A DNA stretch of 64,000 nucleotides from Octopus vulgaris. Taxonomy: Eukaryota. The stretch covers positions 61,442,001 through 61,506,000 of the forward strand of contig OX597825.1 in the NCBI GenBank assembly GCA_951406725.2, written 5' to 3'. Below, one piece after another: positions 37,522 to 50,670 of this stretch (positions are counted from its first letter, which is position 1; each line of letters starts with the position of its first letter). The translations under genes and the position numbers were made by a program. Under the pieces are notes generated by a model, which was not told the origin of the DNA, searched no databases, and worked only from the letters and a program-made list of their open reading frames with translations.

Positions 37522-38068
37522 TACGAGTCAAAAAGTAATGTCATTTTGTTTAGGACAGGTATAATTACCAACACAGGAACATGCATCATACATCAAAATG
37601 AAGCTGGTCCTCTGTGGATCACATCTCTACTTCTCAACATAGTCACCGTTTCTCTCAATAGCAACGTTCCACCTTCGAATGAGAGCATGTATCCCTGCCC
37701 CGTAAAATTCTGTCGACTGTTCTTTGAGCCACTTCTTCACTACAGTTTTCACTTTCTCATCACTGGAATAATGTTTGCCTCTCAAACCCTCTTTCATGAG
37801 GCCGAAGAGATGATAGTCCAGTGACAAGGAAGTGAAAACTGTAGTGAAGAAGTGGCTCAAAGAACAGTCGACAGAATTTGTCGGGGTAGTGATACATGCT
37901 CTCATTCGAAGGTGGAACATTGCTATTGAAAGAAATGGTGACTATTTTGAGAAGTAGAGATGTGATCCACAGAGGACCAGCTTCATTTTGATGTATGATA
38001 CATGTTCCTGTGTTGGTAATTATACCTGTCTTAAACAAAATGGCATTACTTTTTGACTCACCCTCGTA
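37522..38068. mobile_element. Palindromic mariner MITE built from two transposase 3' ends
   Basis: ~230-bp inverted arms (37524-37756 / 37829-38066), both encoding VKTVVKKWLKEQSTEF...LIRRWN.AIERNGDY; TA at the ends. Confidence 0.92.
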
Positions 38069-38689
38069 TTTCAGTTTCTGTCTTCTAAACCCACTCATAA
38101 GAATTTGGTTAGCTTAGAGCTCAAGGAGAAGACATACCCAAAGTATCAGGCTGAAGAACTGAACCCAAGAATCCACATGGTTTGGCAGCAAACTTCTTAA
38201 CCACACAGTCTTGCTTGTGTATATATATGTGTGTATGTGTGTGTAAATATATATACATGCATACATTGATACATGCATATATATATGTATCTATGTATGT
38301 ATGTATGTATATTTGTGTATATGTGTATACTTCTTGGAATGGTGAGTTCTTGAAACTTGAGTGTTTCTGTTGACAACATGCATACATGCTTACTCTTGTA
38401 GACACAAACACATACACATACACTCCTTCCATCCTTCTTTTTTCTTCATAATCTTCAAGTGGTTTATATTTGGAATCATCCAATTTTCTGTTTTTCTTTC
38501 CGCTCTTTTATGCTTGTGTCATAATTGCTGGAACTTTATCCTTTGATTTTAATATGTATATTCAAAAGAAAAGAAAATAGGGGGGAAAAAAAAAGAAAAA
38601 AATCACAGACATATTGCCTCTTCCTGAAAGCCATAAATCTATACTTTTCCTGTTTATCATTTCTGGTTACTGTTTATTCTGGTAAAAGA

Positions 38690-38704
38690 AATAATAATAA
38701 TAAC

Positions 38705-38763
<59 letters not shown>

Positions 38764-38777
38764 TATTAACAATAATA

Positions 38778-38812
<35 letters not shown>

Positions 38813-38872
38813 ATTAATAATAATAATAATAATAACAATAATAATGATGATGATGATGATGATGATGATGAT

Positions 38873-38921
<49 letters not shown>

Positions 38922-38933
38922 GTAATAATAATA

Positions 38934-38969
<36 letters not shown>

Positions 38970-38995
38970 GTAATAACAATAATAATAATAACAAC

Positions 38996-39060
<65 letters not shown>

Positions 39061-39100
39061 TCATAATAATAATAGCAACAAAAATAACAACAACAACATC
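38690..39100 (+). repeat. (AAT)n/(GAT)n compound microsatellite with an internal duplication
   Basis: Directly visible. Confidence 0.95.
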
Positions 39101-39383
39101 AGCTATTTTAAAAAAAAGAATACAAAGATTGTTGAGAGAAAATGGTGTAGAGTCAGAAAAAAATTGAGAGTGATGTTAACCTGCAGCTAGGATTTGTTTG
39201 TAGCTAATCCTAGAGATTTTTCTAAAATTCCTAGGATCTTCTGCTTCAAGTAGCTCAAAAATGATATGGCATGATGAAAAATATTCTCATCTGTTCCCAT
39301 TAGATCATCTGAATCAATACAATTGTAGATAAATCAAATAATACCTTCAGTGACATTGTATCATTTTGGTGGTATTGTTGTTG

Positions 39384-39415
<32 letters not shown>

Positions 39416-39769
39416 GGTTGGGATGTTGTTGATGTTGGTGTGATGGTGTTGTTGGTGTTAGTGTTGTTAGATTGGTTCTGCTGTTATATAGTTCGAAGAA
39501 ACCCCCGCCAGATTAAAATATTTCTTTAAGACATTTCTTTTCATCTTCTTGACACACACCCACACACACACATACGCACACACACACATACACACACATA
39601 CACACACAGCTATAAAAGCAAAAACAAAAGAAATTAAACCCTAACCACTTCCCCCCAACAGTATTTTTAGCGAATATGGAATATAAGGCATTCGCTTTGA
39701 TTTTTGAGATTGTTTTCTGGAATTCTTGGTTGTGTAAAATTTACTTGAAGGTCTTTTATTGCAGAGTTT

Positions 39770-39973
39770 ATATGTATATATATATATATATATATACATA
39801 TGTATATATGTATATCTGTATTATGTACATATATATATATATATGTACGTAGATGTAGGTACGTACATATATGTATGTATATATGCATATGTTTTATTCA
39901 TTAATTTGTTATTATATATGTACATACTTATATGCATATATATATATCTATATACACATATGCATACATATAC

Positions 39974-40028
<55 letters not shown>

Positions 40029-40140
40029 CAGAGAGAGAGAAGGAGAGAAAGACAGATAGATACATATACAGATATATATGTACATAAAATTATGCATACA
40101 CACACACACATATACACATGTATATATATATATGCATGTG
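39770..40140. repeat. (TA/CA/GA)n low-complexity tract
   Basis: Directly visible. Confidence 0.9.
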
Positions 40141-42389
40141 TGCCAGATTCATAGTAAAAATAGTTTCATAGATTCACCAGTTTTTGAGGAATTTTTTTGA
40201 GTAGATGAAAGTTTGAAATGATATTGTTCATTGGAACTGGCAGGTGCCATTTCAAAGAATGCAGTGAAACGGACAAGTTATTTATAGTATGCTCAGCGTG
40301 GGTGGACTGAATGACAGTAGCGAAGAATATGGATAAAACTGGTGCTGAAAGAATTTGTAGTTTGAAACGTATGGTGGTAAAAAGAATTTATAATAGAGAA
40401 TAAGAAATTACTTTAAAATATTTTGGTATATCAGAAGGAAATGTTAACATAGGATAGGCTCTTCCCTCAGCTGCAGAAAATGAGATTTGGTGCTGATTTA
40501 ATTTCGACTGATAGTCACAATGATAGGACTCTTGTATAACATGTCAAGAAGGATCGTTGAATAAATGATAATAGATTATTACCGTAACATGAGAGGGAAA
40601 AATAATATTGAACATTGTGAATAAATTTATTGTTTGAATGTTAATGTGAATGGAAGAAATATAAAATAAACCCTTTTAAGCTATATCTTATACATAAATA
40701 TTTGAATAGAGAGAAGGCATAAATATGAAAATGTGAGAGTAGAGTTAAGCTAATGGACATGAAGTAGTCAGGTATAACACAAGAGTGGTGTCTTATGCTA
40801 GTAGAATATACCGGTTTTCTTAGTTTGACTTTGGCGTCAGAGAAGAGCAAAATTCAATTGATTACTTTGATAAATTTTCTTTGTTATTGTAGAAGTGTGA
40901 AATACTTTTTAGATAACTTTGATGTTAGTTTACTGAGTTGATCAGTAAAGACTTCTTGTCTGTAAGTTTCGAAAAATCATAACGACCATTTTGATAAGAG
41001 ATCAGCATTATGATTGAGATATCTTAAGTTGATATCACATTACGACTACAACAACAGACAAGGGACATCTTCTGCCCTATTCACCATCCCACTGGTCACT
41101 GAAAGACTTTTTCAAGGACGCTGGGTCTTGAAGCAATAAAATCCTCATGATTAGCACCAAACCCCCAATTTAACTGCTGAAATATTGTCCTTACTTAGAA
41201 TCTTTATTAATCTTAGCTTGTGAATAAGCAGTGTTACAAGTGGATCAAACAAAAAGCTTTGTGGCATTTATTCCAACTCTCTGCACTGTGAGTTCAAATC
41301 TCATGAAGATCAACTTTCCATTTCATATTTTTGAGACTCCCCCCACCCCCACCAAAAAAAATACCACTCCAATGCTGTGGATTAGCAGAAATGTAAGTAT
41401 GACTATATTTTTCCCTTGTAGTATTTGATCCAGCTCTTTGCATTCTCAGTTCAAATCCCACCACAGTCTGCATGGGTGGTATATTTAACCAGTCACCTGG
41501 TTTTACACCCCCATCACACACCTTGCATACATTTAACAGAGTCCATTCAGTTGCAAGCATTAAAGCCAAGATCCAGTTTTGAGGATATCTACTTCCTGCC
41601 ATTCCACCAGCCTCAGAGGCCCTGTAACAGGTCAAGGGGTACTGTCTTCTCCACTGATTATAAACACATCTTATTAATCCTGATGCCATCCCTGCCAGGG
41701 ATATAGGAAAATAATGGGGCTACAGTGTGCTGGATTGCGAAGAGGTAGTGGAAGCGCTCAACTGAGCCAATGGTGCTTCTTACATTAATGCTGAGCAGAG
41801 GAATCCCAGAAGGTCAACAGTCAGAATCACCAAGATATATCTAAAGAATAACTGCAATGCATCTGGTTAGGGGTGGCGCCCATGGTTGTGTAGTCAACTA
41901 ATGAGAGATTCACTATGATTCAAGCTCCCAATCCAAATTCCTAATAATGGAATTGGATGGTGACAGAGAATCATGGGAATCCACAAAAACAGTGAAAAAT
42001 CAAAATTAATCCTGGAAAATTTTATAACAAGATTAGATTTTATAAGAGCTAGTTTTGGTTCAACATCATCTTCATCATCATTGTTTAACATCTGCTTTCC
42101 ATGCTAGCATGGGTTGGACGATTTGACTGAGGTCTGGTGAACCAGATGGCTGCACCAGACTCCAATCTGGTCTGGCAGAATTTCTACAGCTGGATGCCCT
42201 TCCTAACACCAACCACTCCAAGAGTGTAGTGAGTGCTTTTACATGCCACTGGCATGAAGGCCAAATTTAAAATTTAATGTGCAAAAGAAGAATAATTGTT
42301 GGGTAGTCTTAGACAGTGAGAATAATTAAACACTTCCATTTGAAATGGAACTTTTGGAGATTGTCTTTTATACTCAGTTGCTTTACTGT

Positions 42390-42935
42390 TATTCTTTTAC
42401 TTGTTTCAGTCATTTGACTGTGGCCATGCTGGGCACCACCTTTTAGTTGAAGAAATTGACCCCAGAATTTATTCTTTGTAAGCCTGGTACTTATTCTATT
42501 GGTATCTTTTGCTGAACTGCTCAGTTGCGGAGATGTAAACACACTAACATAAGGCGGCGAGCTGGCAGAAACTTTAGCACACCGGGCGAAATGCGTAGCC
42601 GTATTTCGTCTGCCATTACGTTCTGAGGTTCAAATTCCACCGAGGTCGACTTTGCCTTTCATCCTTTTGGGGTCGATAAATTAAGTACCAGTTACGCACT
42701 GGGGTCGATATAATTGACTCAATCTGTTTGTCTGTCCTTGTTTGTCCTCTCTGTGTTTAGCCCCTTGTGGGTAGTAAGGAAATAGGTTGTTAAGCAGTAC
42801 TGGGGGAACAAAGACAAAGACACACACATATAAATACATGCACACACACATACACACACACATATATATAATGGGCTTCTTTCAGTTTCTGCTTACCAAA
42901 TCCACTCACAAGGCTTTAGTAAGCTCAAGGCTATA
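42390..42935 (-). mobile_element. SINE A1 interrupted by a young SINE B (+, 42551-42786)
   Basis: B copy AAGGCGGCGAGCTGGCAGAAAC...GGGTAGTAAGGAAATAGG sits between two contiguous A1 halves. Confidence 0.9.
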
Positions 42936-43313
42936 GAAGTAAATAAATCATTATTAGTAAATAATCTTACACATGACAATATAGAAGATGGATATTAAAT
43001 GGTCATGATGAATTAGATTTATTTGTAAGTAAAAGTAGATTATTATTAGTAAAAATGGAACTGATTTTTGAAGAATGTGTAATGATTGACTAAAAATGCT
43101 TGTTATCTTGTTCATACTTTAAAACAAATCTTTACAAGAGTGTTGTTCTCTAATTAGAAAATGTTGCAGATTTGATAACAATTTGGTTTTGAAAAATCAT
43201 AGTATCTAAGAGTTCAATATTAATTTAGAACATTCAAACACATCAATGAAGATATCTTTAATTGATTATGTCACCATTGTGTTACCATATTTCTGTTGAA
43301 GTACATTACTTTT

Positions 43314-43695
43314 GTGGAGATGCAATGGCCCAGTGGTAAGGGCAGTGGACTCGTGACTGTAGGATCACGGTTTCGATTCCCAGACTGGGCGTTGTGAGTG
43401 TTTATTGACCAAAAACACCTAAAGTTCCACAAGGCTCTGGCAGGGAATGGTGGTGAACCCTGCTGTACTCTTAAATCACAACTTTCTCTCACTCTTTCTT
43501 TCCGTTTCTGCTGTACCTGTATTTCAAAGGGCCAGCCTTGTCACACTCTGTGTCATGTTGAATCTCTCCAAGAACTACGTTAAGGGTACACATGTCTGTG
43601 GAGTGCTCAACCACTTGCATGTTAATTTCAAGAGCAGGCTGTTCCTTTGATCGGATCAACTGGAACCCTTGTCGTCGTAACCAACAGAGTATCAT
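43314..43695 (+). mobile_element. SINE family C, tail type 1
   Basis: Homologous along its length to 31673-32050. Confidence 0.9.
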
Positions 43696-43952
43696 TCTCA
43701 CTTTACCTTTGTTTCAGTTAGCTTTGAAAATAACGAAAAATTCATGGAAATAATTTTGTCAGTATTATACTTCTGTTTAGAACATAAATTAACATAAATC
43801 TTGATGGAAGATTTTAATTAAGATCACTTTAAAACAGACCATTTGTATCATAGGAGTAGAGGTGATCACAGGTAGTTCTGTATCTAAAGAGCTAGATTGC
43901 TAGAAATTGGAATTAAATCTTTCTCAAATCATATTGTACAGTTTTAACAAAA

Positions 43953-44295
43953 GAGGAGTGGCTGTATGGTAAATAGCTTGCTTACCAACCACATGGTTCC
44001 GGGTTCACTCCCACTGCAAGGCACCTTGGGCAAGTGTCTTCTACTATAACCTTGGGCCGATCATAGCCTTGTGATTGGATTTGGTAGATGGAAACTGAAA
44101 GAAGCCCATTGCATATATGTATATATATAGATATATACATATATATATATATATACACATATACATATACATACATATTACATATATATATATATGTATA
44201 TGTATATGTATGTGTGTGTGTGTCTCCCCAGCATTGCTTGACAGCTGATGCTGGTGCATTTATGTCCCCGTAACTTAACGGTTCAGCAAAAGAGT
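43953..44295 (+). mobile_element. SINE A1, 3' truncated
   Basis: A head and body motifs. Confidence 0.85.
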
Positions 44296-44382
44296 AGAGT
44301 ATTACATAATGAAGTTCAAGAGACATCATGTCAAAAAAAATTGAAGATAGAAATTCATAACTAGAACATCGTTTATTATAGG

Positions 44383-44690
44383 TGTTTTGTTTGTTCCTTC
44401 TCGAACCACGCCTGGCTCATAAGGACTGGTATCTCGGTTTCCTTGGTATATAGGTTCCCAGCCTGGATGGGATGCTGGTCCATTGCAGATGAGCAGCAAG
44501 ATGCAGGAGAAAAGAGTGAGAGAAAGTTGTGGCGAAAGAGTCAGCAGAACTTTGCCATTACCTTCTGCTGTAGCTGTGTGGAGCTTAGGTTTTTCACTCA
44601 TAAACACATACATTGCCCAGTCTGAGATTCGAACCCATGATCCCTCGACTGCAAGTCCACTGCTCTAACCACTAGGCCATGTGCCTCCAC
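44383..44690 (-). mobile_element. SINE family C, tail type 2
   Basis: C head; tail CTGCAATGGACCAGCATCCCATCCAGG...GTTCGAGAAGGAACAAAC; TSD TTA(T/A)TATAGGTGT. Confidence 0.85.
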
Positions 44691-45890
44691 TTAATATAGG
44701 TGTACAGAAAGAGAACTGCCCTGGAGTTGATTATCAAGAACAACATGCACAAGACACCTGTACAGGATGAAATATTTTATAAAATATATTTTAATTTTTG
44801 TTTAGAACATATTGTTGTAATGCCGGCTGCTCTTCTTTATTGTGTAGCATAAATTTATACCATTTATGGCTTAAGATTAACCGGGATTAAATCATTAACA
44901 TAATAGAATATGGAATATTCAATCCAATATGTCACAGATATTCTGTTTGAGCAGGGAAATATTGAATTTCTTACTTAATTCTACCAAGTTGCAAAATATG
45001 TATCATACTTTAGTATTGCTCTCAGAAAGTTTATTGAGACTCAACTCATCAAATTTCTTTCTGACTTTCAGTATTACCCAATGATATTAGTAAAGTAATA
45101 TGGAAGAGAGAAAAAAAAAACAGGAAATAAATAGAACGAAATATAAAACTATCCAAGCATGGAAAATGAATCAGCATTATATTAAGCAACCAACTGTCCT
45201 TTTTCTTTTCCTAATCTCACTGAATATGGAAGTTCATCGACCAAGTTTTTCAACTGAAAGGTAGTGGAAAATCTTTTCTTTTTACTCTCATTTTTCTTGT
45301 TGTTTTAAGTATTGATTACATTGTCATCTGTCACTGTCAGCTTGATAGTCTTACCAACTTCTTTGAAAAGCATAATCTTCACCAAATACCATTCTCATAA
45401 ACTTTTGCTAAATCTGATCTTTTAATTAGAAATATTTTTGACACACACTACTTATATTTTTCTTTATTCATGCTACAAAATATTTATATTATATTGCTTT
45501 TTGACTTTTAATTTTTCTATGAAACCAGTAGCTTTGCTATAAGAAAGAAAAGAATTTAAAAAAATACATATATATATACACATAATCTTTCTGCTAAGTT
45601 ATCATTTCAAAAATATCGATTTATTTTCAAAGAGATATGCGATAAAAATCTAAAATTTTTCTATATATTTCATAAACATATAAGTATTAGTAATGGTAAG
45701 ATGAGAAAATTAAAGAAAAAAAATTTTTAAAAAAACAACAACAACAGCAGCAGCTAAAAGTAAAACAAAGCAAAAACAACAAAAGAAAAAGTTTAGAGCA
45801 GTGTGAACACATAACTTAACTGTAGTTAACCTTTTACTTGAGTGGTTCAGTGACACTTAACTCGAAAATAAAATGACAACAGAAACTCAC

Positions 45891-46020
45891 TCTTCCAATG
45901 ATAATGAAGTGACTGATAACTGATCCAGTGCTTCCTTCAATCCTACTGATTCAATATGTACTGATAGGAAGCATTCTTCCACCTATTGAATAGATTTCGG
46001 AAAATGTAGCTTTATGATAC
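45891..46020 (-). other. Candidate 130-nt non-coding or UTR exon
   Basis: Acceptor ATATTTTCAG|G and donor AGA|GTGAGT bracket unique sequence; stop codons in all three frames. Confidence 0.45.
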
Positions 46021-46519
46021 CTGAAAATATATGCATGTGTGCATTTATATGTGTGTGCATGTTTACATGTTTTGGTAGAATTAGTATAAAACTTTGGCGT
46101 ATGCATGAAATATAAAATATTCTGTCTCTTTCTCTTTCTCTCTCACTCATACTCTATTACTCTCTCTCTCTCTCTCTCTCTCTCTCTTTATTTCTGTCTC
46201 TTTTTATCGCTATCTCTCTCTCTCTTTCTTCTGATTAGAGTTATTGGAAAGTATCTGCTAGGTCAAGTTACAATGACTTGGAGGTCACCTGATTTCCATA
46301 TTTGAATATCAATATCTCTGATTATATTTGTAAATATTACACAAGAAGTTATATAACCATAGCCATTCAACATCAGTATTTTACGCCTGCTTCTCCATGC
46401 TGGCATGTGTTGGACAGTTCTTCTGTATCAGCTACAGTTATATCATCTGTTATGACATGCTGGGATTTAATATGTCTGCTTTAAAACTTGGATACAGATA
46501 AAGATGTAAAAAAATGAAA

Positions 46520-47532
46520 CAAGGCTGCAAGCTGGCAAAATCGTTAGCATGCTTGGCAAAATGCTTAACAGCATTTCATCTGTCTGCACATTCTGAGTTC
46601 AATTTCCGCTGAAGTCAATGTTGCCTTTCATCCTTTCGAAGTCGATAAAATACACTGGCGAAAATAAATTTAAGACCAATGATAAAAGTTCTATTTCTTA
46701 CAAAATATTTTGTATAATAATGTTAAACTATAACACTCTATAGTGCAGTTAGGCTAGTTGTGTGACCATCCATTGTGGCAAAAAAAATTTGCATACATAT
46801 TACATGGTCTTTTTGATGGTAAATTTCAAACATTTATATTAATTTAGCATTAGAATTCTTCAAGTTGTATAAAAATAGTTATTGTCTGCATCATTCGAAA
46901 GAGAAATAAATTCTGCATAAGGTGTAAAAGATAGAAATAATTTGTATGGTGTTAGTAACAAAATATTTTGTAAGAAATAGAACTTTTATCATCGGTCTTA
47001 AATTTATTTTCACCAGTGTAAGTACCAGTTGAATGCTGCTACTTACTGGATCGACATAATCAACTTATACCTTCCCAGAAATTGCTGGCCTTGTGCCAAA
47101 ATTTGAAACCATTGTAAAATCAGAGAGGGCAGAATACCTAGAACATCAGGCGAAATGCTCAGCAGTATTTCATCAATTTGCACATTTTGAGTTCAAATTC
47201 CACCAAGGTCAACTTGGCTTTCATTTTTTTACAGTTGATGAAATAAGTACCAGTTGGGCATTAGAGTTGATATAATCAACTTACCTGTACTCTTGAAGCT
47301 GCTGGCCTTGTGCTAAAAGAGTAAAGGAGTAAAGAGTTGCTAAGGTAGTGAGGTGGCAGAATCCTTAGCTCACCAGGCAAAATTTTTGTGGAATTTCAAA
47401 TTCTGCCAAGGTCAACTTTGCCTTTCATCTTTTCAGGGTTGATAAAATATTTACCAGTTAAGTACTGGGGTCAATGTAATTGACCTACACTTCCCTTGAA
47501 ATTACTAGCCTTGAGCCAAAATTTGAAACCAA
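46520..47532 (+). mobile_element. Three tandem SINE B copies
   Basis: B motifs repeat at ~46520, ~47125 and ~47340. Confidence 0.8.
46653..47018. mobile_element. Tc1/mariner-type MITE (366 bp, ~60-bp TIRs, TA TSD) inside SINE B
   Basis: TA-CACTGGCGAAAATAAATTTAAGACC...GGTCTTAAATTTATTTTCACCAGTG-TA; removing it restores the B motif GTCGATAAAATAAGTACCAG. Confidence 0.93.
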
Positions 47533-48827
47533 TATCATATACAGACTCACAAATTATATGGCCATGTCTTTATACAGAAATGCCAAAAAATAACCACTAT
47601 CTCAGTTTTGAAATATAGATACCATAATTTATGAAGCAGGGTTACTTTTATAAAGTAAACCTCAATGAAGTGCAAAAACGATATATAGGCATGCTTTTAT
47701 TTCATACATTGATGAGTGAAATCTAACAAAATAAGCTTACTGCATCAGTTAATTAAAGAAAAGATTTTCTAATAGTATTGTTAAATAAGAGATTATTGTT
47801 TGCTAATCTTCAAGAAATGAAAATAAAATGTTATCTTTGCACAACAGAGCAACACTGCATCCTTGAAAAGTATCAAACCTATTTCAAAATTTCTGAGAAA
47901 TATAGACATTCTGAGAAACATCTATTGCATAATTTTCCATTAATAACCATATGAATGGTACAAAAAGCTATATATTAAATACAAGAATTTAGGATTCATT
48001 CTGGACTAGGAATTCAAAACATGCAAATACTTTTCCCTATTTCTAACTATAGGTACACTTTTGTTGTTGGGTAGAAAGGGTAATTAGGTTTGATCAAAGG
48101 ACTATTAGATCAGAACTAATCTCAAACAAAATAACACCTTTTTTATGTTGTTGATTGACCTACCAGAAACAACAGTTAAATCTTCCTCAAATCCCATCCC
48201 ATGATTTTAAAGATAAAGATATATTGGGAAACAAGCATAGATACTCATAGCTGCAAAGCCTTAGTTTATAATCTGATCAAACGAGGGTGATTTTAGTCTA
48301 AACTTTTGGATACAAACCTTCTGGAAAATGCTTTTGGTTCTATGATGCAAATTTACTATTTTAAAGTTATCTAAATTAGAACTTTCCAGCAATAATTCAT
48401 GTTGATTTATGTTCAGTTATTTTAATAAATTCATAAATAGCTGAAACAAAAACTACGTTTCAAAAAAAAAAATTGAAAGAAAAGTGCAAAACAACAATAT
48501 CACCGATTACAACTTTTTACAGAATTACTTGGCATGCTAGAAATAGAAACTAAATCCCTCTTAAATCATAGTTTGGCTAAAATGATGAGCTCATGAGTGT
48601 TTGATCACCTGCTAGAAATAACAACCAAGTTTTATTCAAATCATGCCTCACTATCTTATGTAGTCTTTGATACATTAGTCTTAAAATGTGATGAAATAGC
48701 AAAACTTAAATACTTTTGATTATGGCCTATTCAGTCAGGATTTACTTAAGTTTGAAGAGAAATGAATAGCAACATATTTTGTAACTATAGAAACTGAGAC
48801 AACTCCAGTTGTCTTGACACAAAACAT

Positions 48828-49050
48828 TTTATTTGTATTTTATTTTATTTTATTTTATCTAGTTTCAGCTCACGAGCTGTGGCCATGCTGGGGCACTGCC
48901 ATTCGGTGTTGCTACATGATTTTACTTCACGAGTGCTTTTTAACAATTGCCATTTGGTGCATGAGAGAGTTTGATGCAGCTGCCCTCATCTGCACCTCCT
49001 GCCGTGAAGTTAGTTAATCTGGGACACCTGACAGGAAGAGATCCAGTTTT
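48828..49050 (-). mobile_element. CR1-clade LINE 3' end, likely partner of SINE A1
   Basis: KLDLFLSGVPD*LTSRQEVQMRAAASNSLMHQ, then tail GGCAGTGCCCCAGCATGGCCACAGCTCGTGAGCTGAAAC and (ATAAA)n. A shorter copy lies at 54630-54690. Confidence 0.8.
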
Positions 49051-49181
49051 ATTGTTTATAAAGTGTCATCAAATCAATGGACATGATGCTATCAAGTAAT
49101 GTTTTTCACTCCCACTTCACTTATTATTTAAGCTTACATTGATTTGTCCAAAGGAACACTTTATTGACTCTATCAGGTGAT

Positions 49182-49345
49182 AGGCATAGGAGTGGCTGTG
49201 TGGTAAGTAGCTTGCTTACCAACCACATGGTTCCGGGTTCAGTCCCACTGCGTGGCATCTTGGGCAAGTGTCTTCTACTATAGCCTCGGGCTGACCAAAG
49301 CCTGGTGAGTGGATTTTGGTAGACAGAAACTGAAAGAAGCTCGTC

Positions 49346-49393
<48 letters not shown>

Positions 49394-49628
49394 ATGTGTG
49401 TGTGTGTGTGTGTGTTTGTGTGTCTGTGTTTGTCCCCCTAGCATCACTTGACAACTGATGCTGGTGTGTTTACGTCCCCGTAACTTAGCAGTTTAGCAAA
49501 AGAGACCAATAAAATAAGTACTAGGCTTACAAAGAATAAGTCCTGGGGTCGATTTCTTCGACTAAAGGCGGTGCTCCAGCATGGCCGCAGTCAAATGACT
49601 GAAACAAATAAAAGAAAGAAAAAGAAAT
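49182..49628 (+). mobile_element. SINE A1, full length
   Basis: Complete head, body and tail. Confidence 0.93.
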
Positions 49629-49840
49629 AAGTGATGTTAGATATGCATCAACTGGTTTTTGTGGATTTACTCTTTTACACTTTCACACACTTACTGTGGT
49701 ACGGTGGGTTCATTTTGCATTATGGACAATTGATGTTACAGTTTACCATTTTGCACTTTGGTTTGAAATTTGTGCAATGTTTTCTTTATTCTTCGTTTAT
49801 AAATTTATAATCAGAGCTCAGTATCATTATTCATCTTACA

Positions 49841-50240
49841 TTACTCTTTTACTTGTTTCAGTCATCTGACTGTGGCCATGATAGAGCACCACCTTTAGTC
49901 AAGCAAATCGACCCCAGGACTTATTCTTTATAAGCCTAGAACTTATTCTATCGGTCTCTTTTGCCGAACTGCTAAGTTATGGGGATGTAAACACACCACC
50001 ATCGGTTGTCAAGCGATGTTGGGGGACAAACACAGTCACACAAACACACACATGCATATATATATATACATATATACGATGGGCTTCTTTCAGTTTCCAT
50101 CTACCAAATCCACTCACAAGGCTTTGGTCGGCCCGAGGCTATAGTAGAAGACACTTGCTCAAGGTGCCATGCAGTGGGACTAAACCCAGAACCATGTGGT
50201 TTGTAAGCAAGCTACTTACCACGCAGCCATTCCTACACCT
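49841..50240 (-). mobile_element. SINE A1, full length
   Basis: Complete reverse-complement copy. Confidence 0.93.
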
Positions 50241-50670
50241 ATAAATAGGAAATATTTTCATTATATTTGTCGTATAACAGTAGCTTAAGTAAAGATTGTT
50301 TAATAGCTTCGAATATTTATGTTTTATGTGTGTAAAGTTTTTGCGATTTTAGGTTTAACAAAAGGTAAATCATACAAATATTTCTACAAATTTTTTGGCA
50401 AATATTTTGGTGGTTGACATCATAGAGATAAATAAATAAATAATTTTGTCCTTGAATTCATTTGCAAGTAAAACTTTATTACACTAAGAGGCTGCCTTAC
50501 TAAAGATAACTTTATTTTGAAGATGAAATTCTTTATTTGAAAATAAATATAGTTAATGGAATTTCTTAAAAAATATGAGTGCATTGTATGGTCCTTTGTT
50601 AATATAAGTGTGAGACTTTCATTACTCTTTCAAGAAGAATTTAGGCAAGTTAGTAGTTAAATAGATAATA

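Noticed and set aside
39181-39545. Short minus-strand ORFs and small CTAGG hairpins
   Set aside because: ORFs are under 40 aa, the donor is weak and no protein is recognisable.
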